64,000 bases of DNA from the NCBI RefSeq assembly GCF_018350175.1, contig NC_058382.1:60452001-60516000 (forward strand), read 5' to 3'. The translations under genes were made by a program, and so were the position numbers. This DNA comes from Felis catus (taxonomy: Eukaryota). Of the stretch, positions 22,901 through 34,900 are shown piece after piece (position 1 is the first letter of the stretch; each line of letters starts with the position of its first letter). The notes beneath the pieces are model-generated. The model saw only the letters and a program-made list of their open reading frames with translations. It was not told the DNA's origin and ran no database searches.

Positions 22901-25900
22901 AGAATCCGGCGGGGGGCCGATTCCCAAGTGCCACGGGAGCCACCGCCTGGGCCACGGGAGCTGCGGGAGCCCGGAGCGTTTGCACCCCCAGCCCTGTGGC
23001 ATGGGCGGCGTCAGCCCCCGAGCATCCACACCCTCAGCTCAGGGAGACCATGCAGAGAGGTAGCAAGACTCAGCGCCCAGACCTTTCCAGAAAGCAGGTG
23101 GCCCCTTGATGAATGAGTAGAAGTTGGCAGAGGAAGAAACCGGTGTTTGAAGTTGGGGCACAGGGGCAGCAGCATTTGAGGGCCCCCACCCGTCCCTGCT
23201 GATCTGCAAGGAGTGAGCGGAGCCAACACCAGGGCCACTCAGGTGCAGATTCTGGCTTTGCTGAGCCTTTGGGGGGAGAGCTCGGTGCTTTGACTTGGTT
23301 TCCCCTCTGTGGACCCTGTGCTAAGGGTGTCGCTAGACTCACGCGGTCAAGCCTCGCGCAGCCCCAGGAAGAAGGAAGTATTGGGTCCCCATCTCAGAGA
23401 TGTGGAAATCAAGGTCCCGCATTTCCACAGCTGCCCGCACAGGCTTGCTCTGTGGATCTGGGGGGGGGGGGGGCTCAATCCAATGGGGGCGGGGCTGGGA
23501 GGACCGTACGAAGGGACAGGGGACAAGCCTCGTGGACGTCACGTCCTCTGCTCTGCACCATCTCCGGCGGAAGCAGCAGGGATCGCGTCCCCGGCCCGGG
23601 GAAAGCTGGCCGGCAGTGCCCTGGGCTGTGTGAGACACGTGTCCTAACGGAGCAGCCCTGGTCCCCTGCTCCGGTGCAGCTCAGAAACCCCGTCCTGCCC
23701 CTAGCTGTCTCCCAGGCAAGGGCCTGCTGCAGAGGCTGGCCGGCCCCCCGGGGATCTCAGGCCCCGGGCCCCAGGGCCGCCCCCCCCCCCCCCCGCCTCC
23801 GCCGCCGTGGCTGCTCCTCGTGGGGACTGGGGGGCTGCAGAGCGGGACTGCACCTGGCTGGGTGGCGGGGCCGGGTGGTCCCCTCCACTGGGCCCGCCTC
23901 ACAGCCCCCGTGTTTCTCCCCACAGACGAGCTGGAGCCGGTGCTACAGGATGGGCAGAGGTGCGTGCGGGCTCGACGCAGCCTGGCCGAGGGGCTGTCCT
24001 GGGGCCCCTTCCGCGGGAACATCCAGAGCAAAGCCTCGTCCCCTGGGCAGGTGCAACCGGTAAGGAGCCCCGGCCCCAGCAGCCCAGCCACCAGCTGCAG
24101 GGCAGAGTCCAGCCCGGGGCACAGACCCCTTCTGCCCCGGGAGCTGAGTCCAGGCTACACTCCAGCCCGGGAACACCTGCCACTCTGTGTGCGGTGCGTC
24201 GGAGATGGGGACCTGAGACACTGGGACCAGGAAGGCGGGAAGGAGCGCAGGGGAGGCTTCCTGGAGGAGGGGTTCTTTACGTGGGCCCTTGATGGATGAG
24301 TAGATGTTGGCAAAACAGAGGGAGAAGCTGGTGTTTGAACTTGGGGAGGCAACAAGGAACCGAGTGGGGATCCGGGCCTGGCCTTTGTGGGCGGGGCACC
24401 TGAGACGCTTCTGTCGCAGCCGGGGGACCCCTGCGGCAGAGGCCGAGATGCACGTTTTCCCCTGGGTCCTCCCCACAACAGCCGAGGGTGCCTCTGGTGC
24501 CCCGGTGTCCTTGCCTCCCTGCGCTTTCTGACCTCCGTCTGTAACCAGGTGGTCCCCCTGGGTCTTGTCGCTTGCGTCTTCCTGCAGGGACACAAAGGCT
24601 CCCTTTAAATACATTTCAGGGGAGCGGGTGGCGTGGTCAGTGAAGTGTCCATCGACTCTGGATCTCAGCTCAGGTCTTTTTTTTTTTTTTTAAGTGTATT
24701 TATTTATTTTGGGAGACAGAGAGAGTGAGCAGGGAGGGGCAGAGAGAGGGAGAGAGAGAAAGAATCCCAAGCAGGCCCCACGCTGACAGCGCAGAGCCCG
24801 ACGCGGGGCTCGAACTCACAAACCGTGATATGGTGCTCTGAGCCACAATCGAGAGCCAGATGCTTAACAGACTGAACCACCCAGGCGCCCCGTTCTCAGC
24901 TCAGGTCTTAATCTCAGGGTCGTGAGTCCGGGCCTGAATTAGGTACGGAGCCTACTTAAAAATATATATATACGTTTTGGTTAGGAAAGGGCACGGATGT
25001 GCGGGCCGATTAAGTACGTTGGGGGCAGCAGAATGGGCAGCATGGGTGTGACGGGAACCAGGAGGGTCCTGGCCGTGCCACTGCTCAAGCAACACCTCCG
25101 AGCCCTATTGCCACTCGTCTAAAAGGCCTGGAGGCGCCCTGGGTCGGTCCCCTCGAGCCCAGGCTCAAGGAACCCAACGTGCGGCCATTGCCCTTTTTGG
25201 TTCCCGAAGCTGCATTCGGGTGCGATCTGAACCAGGCGCACCCTGGCTGCCAGGCGCCCCGCAGTGCTGGGCCTCCTGGTCCCCAGGCCCCGAGTGTGGG
25301 CCTCTGGCTGGCCTCCGTGTTGTCCGCAGGCAGCGGCACGGCTGGGAGGGGACCCCCATACCCCGAGGTCGAACGTCGCCCTGACTACCCTGTCCAGCTC
25401 CAGCCTGGGAGTCAGAGGCCCTGTTTCTCAGCCACAGAAACCCGGGCCCCGGGAACTCGGCCTGCAGCGTGTCCGCCGGGCAGGCGGGGGGCCGCAGGCA
25501 GAGTTTCCAGCTGCAGACCCTCAGACCACCGTCCACAGCCCCCACCCCACCCCCGAGTCAGGCTCTTGAGCTGGGGCCTGGCCTCAGGAGGTTGGAGCAG
25601 CTCCCCCAAGCTGAGGCCCCCTGGGCCACCCACCGCCCGGCACAGCCCAGCGGCCGTGCTCAGAGAAGGAGATGTTGGCCCAGGACCAAGGGCTCCCGGC
25701 TGCGTGGCCAGACCATCCCCGTGGCGTAGGGTCCACATCCCAAGGTCTCCTCCCTCATAGCTGTTTCGGTCCCGGGCAGGCTCCTGTCCTCTTTGAGCTT
25801 CTGTTTCCTCAGCCTTTGGGACCTCGGTGGGGACACAGGGAGGCCCTGAAGGGTCCTGGAGGCCTGAGCCTGCAGACCCTCCGACCCCCCGCAGAGGAGA

Positions 25901-28900
25901 CGGTGGGCGAGCAGAGCCGCGGCTTGTCCGTGAAGCTCCCGGGGCAGCCGTGCAGATTCCACGGGACGATGTGCACGTGGCGCCCAGCACAGGGCATGGC
26001 TTGCTTGGCGGGCAGTGTGGCCAGCCGCCCCGCGGGACGGATGACCCTCTTGTCCCAGGGCTCAAGCAGGGAGAATGCAGCGGAAGCTCCGAGGTCGATG
26101 TTGGCTCCGTAAAAGGCGCCTGGCTTGGGTTCCACTGAGTGGACAGAAGCTACGGTGTTCAGAGCAGTCTCTTGAGGCAGTGAGCTCCCGATCACTGGAG
26201 GCATACAAGCAGAAGTTGACTTTTCAGAGCACAGGCTCCCGAGGGGCAGTTAATGGTTGGAAGGAGGAGTAGGTGGGCTGGGAGCCCCCCCATCCTGGGC
26301 TCTGAGTTCTCATAAGCTATGACAAGATAAAGGGGTGTGGCTGAGAGTGGCCTGCACCTCTGTCCTCTGGTCCCTCCTCTGGGGACAGTCAGTCCCCTCC
26401 AGGATGGACGTGTATGCTCCAGACCCCCCCACACACACACACACATTGAGGTGTGCCCATCCATCCTCACGCACAGGCCCTGGTCTTCCTCCCCTACAGC
26501 ATACGAGGCAGCTCCCCATTTTACAGATGAGGAAACTGAGGCTCCGATAGGTTGAATGACGCTAAAATGACCGGGATCCGATAGCAGAGGGAGCACTGCA
26601 CCCCACGTCTGCCCAACCCCAGACCCCTGCAGGCTCTGTAGGGACAGGTCCCAGCCACGTCCCCGCCTGGCCCTCCCCTCCCTCCCGCAGCCTCCTCTCG
26701 GAGGGTTTTGTCCTCCTTGGGCCCAGGGCGCAGGTCGGCCTGGGGAGACTTGGCACGAGGCTGGAGACTCTCTCCAGGCGGAGAGATAATGTCCGAGGGG
26801 AGCGAGGGACCAACGCCAGGGAAGCCAGTGGCCTTTGAGGCTCTTGCTGAGGAGCTGCGGGAGGAAGGAGCCTCGTCTGCTTTTCGCTGGGGCTTTATCT
26901 CCTGCAGAATTAAATCCTTGATTAACCCTTATCTCCCCAGCAGGCGCTATCTGCGCCTTGGCGCCGAGTGTCCAGACACACCGTCCGTGATGATTGATTT
27001 CTTAAAGATACGCGCGCCTTTCCGATACTCCAGTTATTGTCTAAATATTTTTGCTAACATTTCAGCGGGCCCCTTATCGAGCTCAGCTGATGGGCCCCAG
27101 TTCTCTCCCCCACGCACCTCCCGCCCCATATCGTCCTATCAGCCGCCGGGCCGTTTGTCTCCGCTGTTTGGAGAGGAAGGAGGGAGAGGGGCACCAGTGG
27201 GGTGTGACGACCCTTCCCTGCTGGTTTTCTTGGGCCCAGGGCTACTGGCAGGTGGGAGGGGGGACCAGGGTGGCTCCCCTGGCAGTCTCCACACTCACAA
27301 GACTTTGGGGATGGGACCCCAGGAAGTCCACAGGGTGAGTGCACAGAGCTCGGCAGGGGTCGGGTCAAGAGTGGTTGCTGCACTAGTTTGCTGTGTGACC
27401 TTGGGCAGGTCCCTCCCTGATCCAGCTGTGGCTGCCACATCCCAGGGCTTCGAAACCCAGCCAGTGCTAAAATTTGCAGTCAGATACCAGAAAAATGTTC
27501 AGAATGGATGGGTGGATGGGTGGGTGGGTGTATGGATTGGTGGAGGGATGGGTTGGTGGAGGGATGGGGTGAGTGGATGGTGGTGGGCGGGTGGATGGAT
27601 GGATGGATGGATGGAAGCAGAGATCATGCAGACCCTGGGTCAGTCCTGTGTGCACACAGCCACCTCCCATGGCCTTGGGCATCATTCAGCTCTGTGGGCC
27701 TCAGTCCTCATCTGTGAAATGGGCTCTTCGCAGGGTGTGGGGGAGGCAAAGACAGAAAGGCGGTTGCCTCTGGGAGGGTAAGCAGGATGGAGACAGGACT
27801 CGTCAGGATGAGCTGAAGGAAGGAGGTGGGTGGGGGCCTGAGTCAGAGCCCAGCCCAGGCCCGCCCCAGCCCTGACCTCCCACTGACCTGCCCTACAGTG
27901 ACCGGGGGGGACTGGCAAACCCACTGACCTTGTGCAGAGCGGTCTGGCTCGCTGGGCTGGGCTGCCCCCTGCCCATGCCAGAGCACAGCCCCCACCTCCC
28001 CCTGACGGTGCTGCCTGAGATGCGCGGCGAAGTTTGGGAACAGCCTCAGCGGATGCGGCAGAGATAGAGTTTCCGATGGTTATCGGCAGGCACAGAATCC
28101 AGACGCTGACCTCTTTGTTGGGGGAGACAAGGACTGGTCCCAGATGCGCCCAGAGAACTTCAAGAGGCTGCCCGTTATCTCAGGGCTGGGTGGGGCCGTC
28201 CTGGAGCCAGGAGGGAGGGACAGGCAGAACCCCAAGGGGCTGCAGGCAGGGTGGGTGGAGGGGCATCTTCCTGAACCCGGACACGGCCTGTCCAGGGTGA
28301 GCTGGACACAGGGCGCCGAGCCTGGGGGCGTCTGTGCAGGGAAGGCAGCCGGGAGCACAGGCCGATGGTTTTGGCAGAAGGGCCAGGCCGTCCCTCCGGG
28401 CTTACACCCCATTTCACTGCCTATGGGCAGGGCAGGGCAAGGTCGGTCAGGAAGAGGGCCCTCCTCAGGCCAGCGCCTTCAGGCACCAGAGAAAGGGGCT
28501 TCTGTTCCAAGGCTGCTCGGAGTTGGAGGGGAAAACGGGAGGAGGAAAACCAGTAACTGGGCAGCCGGGTGCTGTGTCCGCCCCTCCACGGGGCGCCGGC
28601 GGGGCAGGGTGGGGGCCGGCCCTGCAGCCCCGGGAGGCCAGGGAAGGTCTTGTCCCCAGCCGTCCCCATGTAAGTGCGGAGGAGCACAGGGCCAGGTCGG
28701 GCAGCCCCAGACCGTCTTGGGAGTCGGTGCAGGGCAGCGGTGCCCTGTCGTGCGGGGCGGCCGGCAGCACGCAGGCGCTCGGCCCCAGTGGGACCGGGGC
28801 ACGGCCGCCTCTGTTCCGGGAAGTACACGGAGAGCGAGGGTTCTGCAGCGTCAGCAAAGCCGTGCGTGTTTTTATCATGCCGGGAGCACGCTGCTCCTGC

Positions 28901-31900
28901 GAGCGATAAGCATTAAACCTACCGGGAGGCTGTCAGTCTCAGTTTGAGGGTTAGAAATATTGGGACGAATAATTAGATTTCATATCGTTACCACAGCGCC
29001 AATCGGAGGATCAGGCAGATTAATTTTTTTCGCCATCCTCGGCTCATTAATATTCATTAGAGACTCAGGAGGCCCGGCCCCGCCTTGCTGCAAGCGGCTG
29101 TCCAGGTCAGCGCAGCTGGGACGCCGCCGGTCACCTGCCGCAGGGGCGGCCCCACCTGGCCGCTAGTCCCCCCCCCCCCCCCCCCCCCCCCGCCACCTCT
29201 GGCAGAAGCCTCGGAGCCGGCGGGCACCCCTGGCCGGCGTCCTGTCCTGTAGCCGGGGGACCCCGAGTGTCTGCTAAAAGCAGGGTGCTGCCAGCCTGCC
29301 CCAAGCAGGCTCCCCGGGTGAGATGCTCTAAGTTGACAGGTGGCAATTGCTGGCCTGGGGCCCCCGGTGGACCCCTGCCTTCTGGGCCTAAACGCGAGGC
29401 CCCTGCCTCCTGTGTCCTGCTGGCCAAAGGGAAGACAAAAGCAGGGGGGGCAGGGGCCCCTGGCTTTTGTACCAGGCGGGCACTGCCGGAAGGGACGGTT
29501 TCGTGCACGTCGACACCTCCCAGGGCCTGGAGGGGCTGATCTTCAGAGGGTAGACTCGGCCACCCGCCCCCCAACCCCGAGAGCAGGTGGCAGGACCGGG
29601 CCAGGTCTGGAGCACACACGTGGTTTGAGTCACAGATCCGAGCAGAAGGGACATCACCCATTGGCAGAGGGGGCGGGCAAGGGTGCAGGCCAGGTCTGGC
29701 TACTAGTCTCCACCGGCACTTTCCGTGGCCAAGCCACAGAGCCACTCCACCGGCCAAGGTGCCTGGCCTCGGGAGGTGTGCCCAGGTGTGCTTGGCTCAT
29801 AGGCCTGATGTCGCCGGGTCCCTGAGCCTGCCACAGGGTGGGGATGAGAGGACAGCGGTCAGAGGGACCTCCTCGGGTTCCAGGGTGTTACCGGGCCCAC
29901 GGTCACAGCGGGGGAGGCCCGGCCTGGACCCCGACACTCGGCTCTGGAGCCCGTGTCGTCCCCGGGCAGGGAGGGGCCCACGGTCTGCCAGATACCTCCG
30001 AGGCCATCGCTAGCGCGACACAGAGGCAGCATCTCAGCCGCCTGCTGTGTCCGCCTGGGGTGCCCACGGCCACCCTGGTCTAGGTGGCAACATTTCCAGG
30101 TGACAGCACGTGATACAGGTTCTTCAGTTAAAGGTCCCGATGCACCCATTTTTGAATGCAAGGCACTTATTCGCATACAACAAAAATACCCAAACGTCAC
30201 GGCGTGCCGCTGGCTGAGTGGGGGGGCCCCGGTCAGAGCAGCCCAGAGGCGGGGTGCGGCCCTGGGGCTGAGGCCCTGGGTGTGGCAGCAGCCACCCCAA
30301 CCTCGCAGGGCAGAACCGGCCCCCCACCATCCGTGCCCGGCCTCTGCATCCTGGCACCAGGGGCCGCCCCCTTCCCCCACCCCGCCCCGGGCCGTGCACC
30401 TGCTCCAGGGCCGGGACGGTGCGGGGCGGCCCCACAGAGGCGGCCCCCCGGGCTGAGCCCACAGCCCTCCTTCCTTCCAGGTGCTGCAGCGGCCCGGCCC
30501 GCAGACTGAGCCGGGGGGAGGGCATGGCCGGGCGAGGTGGCACTTGCAGGAGCCGTGCCCCATTTTCCTTGCCGCTCGCCCCTCTTCTCGAGGTGGGAGA
30601 AGGGAACTCCTGCTTCCGGGCTGACAGGCCACGTGGGGGCCCGTTCTGGCCCACACACCCCATGGACTGCCCCTGGCCCTCAGCGGCCTGCCTCGGTAGG
30701 GAGGCAGGGAGAGAACACAGATCTGGGTGTGAGTTCATATTCTGCAGCTCCCTGGCTGTGTGACCTTGAGCAAGTGGCCTGACCTCTCTGGGCCTCGGTT
30801 CCCGAGAACCCAGTGCCCCCTGCACGGAAAGTGCCGGCTCCCTGCTGCGTCTGTTGGCAACACAGTGCTGACCACGGAGCAGCAGGCTGTGGCCTGGCCG
30901 CCCCGCTGGTCTCAGGCTTTTCCCCCTGGGCCACACGGGACCCCCACCCAGGCCCTTCCTGTGCCATTCCTGATGAGCCTCCTCCCCACCCCCCCCACCC
31001 CCCCCAGGGCCCTGCCCTGACCCTGCTGCTGGAGGATGAGCCCTGCTGGTTGAGGATGCTGCCGCAGGCCCCGACCGAGGCCGAAGCCAACGCAGAGATC
31101 TACAGGAAGGGTTGGTATCCTGGCGCTTCCCCGCGGCCTTCCGGTTGGGGCGGGGGCACTTGGCTGGCCTTGGGCTGGCCCTTAAAGGGAAAGCGGCCTC
31201 CTTGGGCCGCTCGGGGCCGGGCCTTGGGGCAGACCACCGCTGCCACCTACGCCTCCAGTGCCCTGATGCAAGAGGTCAGCCCTGGGGTCTCGGGGACCGG
31301 CCGTTCTTCCTGAGTCCGGGCAGTGACTGCTCTCAGGGCCCCTTGGAGACCCCCGGGGTCAGCAGAGGATCCCAGGCCAGGCAGGCCACGGTGCCAACTA
31401 GACCAGGGCCCCGTGTAGTCCAGCTCGCTCTGGGGAAGCCAGGAAGGCCACGTTCAAATCCAGCCACGTGGGGCCTGGGGGCTTCTGCTCTTGCCTGCAT
31501 GCACCTTCTAGAAGGAGTGGCCCAGGAGGGAGGAGGGGAAGCAGGAAAGGGTCCTTACCACCACCACCACCCCGCCCCACCCTCGATTCCGAGGGCTCAG
31601 GCCACTCAGACGTGACACGGGCTTTTCCATCTCCTGCCGCCTGGGTGGTCCGACTTCTAAGCAAAGTGTGATGTGGTCGTCCGCTTGCCAGGGCAGCGAG
31701 GACCCCTCTCTCCGCGCTGCGGACGAGGCGGCTCAGGGGACCGCGGGGGGTGACGGAAGCACAGAGTCGGGAGGGGTGCGTGCCCGACCTTAGGAAACGA
31801 CCTTATTCCCCTGCGGGGTCTCCGCTTTGCTGGAACGTTCTAGGGTGCCACCTCCCGTCACCTCCCTGCACACAGCACATTCCGCTGAATATTCCCAGTG

Positions 31901-34900
31901 GAGGCCACGCTCCGTCCTCAGGGGCAGCTCTCATTTCAGGAGGGGGCCAGAGGCCGTCAGGGGCAGGGCAAGGGACACACCCCCAGCCCAGCTGAGCTTG
32001 TGGGCAGCCCCTCACTCCCGTCCCCACCTGGGCGCCTCCCCGGCCTGAGGGAGGTACAGCGCAGGTGCCGAGGCCGCATCCGGGAACCCGGGCCACGCTT
32101 CAGCCCAGCTCCCGCCGAGGGATACTCTAAGGCCCCAGACCGCAGCCGGAAGGCACCGGAAGGCCCGGTGTTGGCGGCCAGCTGTCAGCCCCCGGTTTGT
32201 ATACTCAGCCTGCCCCGCCTGCCTGGTCAGCAGGGCTGCGGCCACTGCCTGCCAGGCAGGACAACATCCTCACGGTGCTGATGGGAGCGAGGTTGGCCTG
32301 GGGGGTGGGGGGCGGGCTGCGCCTCCGGGAGGTTTCCTGGTGGCCTCAAGCTGGACACAGGTAAGCTGGCTGATGCCTGGGTCGTTGGCAGAGGCTGCCC
32401 CCTGCCGGCTGCCGCGGGAACAGCCGCTCCTGGCTCCTCTGCCGCTAGGCTGCCACCCTGGCGCTCTGCTGCCTGTCCCACAGGCCACCCCCCCCACCCT
32501 GGAAAACGGAGCGGGCAGGCCCGGGAAGCCGCCCAGTTGCCCCATCACAGAGAGACTGGCCTCACACAGCCACGCACCCCAACCTTGGATCCATACTCCC
32601 CCCCCCCCCCCCCCCCCCCCGCCGACCTCAAAGCCCTGGTCTCCGGGAGGGGGCGGGAGGGTGGGACGTTTCAGAGGGGTGGCCAGCGGCCCTCCCGTCA
32701 CCGATGGTTCTGCCCCTGCAGATGAAGCCCTGTGGTGCAGAGTCACCAAGCCGGTGCCGGCGGGCAGACTGCTGGGTGTGCTCCTCAGAGCAGCTGAGCC
32801 CCGTGGCACCCCCAGCCACCCCGTGAAGGAGGAGCCAGCCGAGCCCGAGTGCCCAGCCCCCTCCCACACCGACATCCAGCTCCTGCCCCAGCAGGCCGGC
32901 ATGGCGTCCATCCTGGCCACGGCGGTCATCAACAGTGAGTATGCCACCATGCCACCCCAGCTCCACGGCACTGCGGGGACAACCCCCAGGACCTCGAGAC
33001 CCGCAAAGATTGGCTCCCGCTGTGATCTGAGCAGAAAGTGTGCCGTGGCGGGCGTGCATGGGGGAGTGGGGGCAGGGGCGGGCCAGCGGTCTGGCCCCTG
33101 CCCCACAGATGCCAGTGCCAGGGATCCGTGCACCCCAGACACGGCCAAGTGTCCCCTGGGGGCAGAACCACCCGGTGCGAATACCTGGGGGGCTGCTCAC
33201 AGGCTAGTGCCAGCCAGGACGCACCGAGCCAGAGTGTTGTGAGCATCAGATAGGACTTACTCCACACCCTTGTCAACGGCCACATAGAAGCGAGTGGTCC
33301 CGGGGAGGCACAGGCAGCCTGGTGGGCTGGGGGGGAGTGGGCTCCAGCATGGCGCATCTTGTGACACAAGTGGGGACAGGATCACAGGCTGGCAGCGCCT
33401 GCCTTAATTGGGGTGCTTGGGCTGAGCCCAGCAAGGTCGTCGCGTGTCTGGGGCACAGCACCTACAGGAAGCAAGCGTCTCCACCAGAGAACTTTTATTT
33501 GGCAAAGAGGCTGATCCGACTGCTTTAAAATCACCCTGGCTGCTGGGGTGGGGGAGCCGCAGAGCTGTAAAACTGGGGGAAAAAGTGACCTTGTTGAACG
33601 TGATGACGGCTCGAAGCAGGGGTGGAAGCGGCCCGGGCCAGATGGGGCGTTGGGTCTGGCAGGGGCCCGCCACGTGGCTTGGGATGTGGTGGGGAGCCAC
33701 CAAGTGCACGGCCAGCTGCGCACTGCTTGGCGCGGTCCCTGGTGGGGAGTCCCGGAGGAGAGCTCACTCTGAGCGTCCTGACCCTGAGAGGCCTTAACGG
33801 ATGCTAAAGTGGAGCCTGGGAGGTGGCTGGGGGCAGGACGAGGTCCATGGACAGGCAGCACCCGCGGACACAAGTGGGGAGCAGGAGGCACCAGCCGAGG
33901 GCAGGGGGGGTCCGCTGCGTCCTGGCCATGGAGATGTGGCCACAGACCAAAACCGCCAGGGCTGAGCGAGCAGGGAGTGAGGAAGTGTGTGGAGGGACAC
34001 GGCTCGCGTCGCTGGGACTCAGGCAATCCCACGGCACATCTGTGCGCTGGTGGAAATGACCCAGGATGGGGAGGTGGGGGGCGAGCCCCCAGAGCCCTCA
34101 TGGAGGGAGGACTGGGGACAGGCGACAGAGAGGGTGGCCACGAGCAAGCAGGACCCCTTCCAGACACCGAGCTTTCGGGGGAGAAAGGAGGCTCGAAGGG
34201 GCCCTCGGGGGCAGGATGGCCACCTCACCAGGGCATTTGGTGCCCATGGTGGCACAACAGGGTCGGGTCCTCGGCACTGAGGCGTGAGCCCCCCTCTCCT
34301 CTGTCCAGGCTGCTCCAATGGGCTCTGGGGGAGGCCCAGACCCTGGGAGGGCTTCCTCCCCTTGGGTCTGTGGCCTGGGTGTCAGAGCCTCACCCTGAAG
34401 CAGCAGGAGCATGGCCACCAGGGGCTAGACCCCTCATCTACACCCCCCGCCCCCACACAGTGGCCTAGGAAAGCCTTAATGCACAGTCCATGAGACCTGG
34501 TTTAATGTTCCACACTCATCCCCTCGGGGCCCCTGTGTTCTCGCCTGTGAAACGAGGGTGGTGGAAACACCAGGCATCTGTGCAGGGCAGCCCTGGGGCA
34601 GGGGGACTGTGACCATCCCCGCTAAACCAGGGCAGAGCAGGCCTCTGAGGCCCCGGCCCCTCTCCCCAACCCCGGCCCTGCGGGTGCAGGAACAAACCCA
34701 CCAGCCCAGTGCCTCAGCTAACACAGCTGCCTTGAAGCCCCCCAAATCAGAGTGAACTTGGGAGGGAGCAGGAGGACCCCTCCCCCCGCCCCCGTTCTGC
34801 CCTAATTGTGGGCCCAGGATAAGCCTCAGAGAAGCCGGGGTGAGGGATGTGTGCAGTCCAGCCTGGAATGAGCCCACCCCCAGCCGTCTTGAGCCAAGGG

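Noticed and set aside
26708..27781. 357-aa ORF in intron 4
   Set aside because: Starts at TTG and crosses a GATA element, MIR-like sequence and a GGAT microsatellite; no domain signature.
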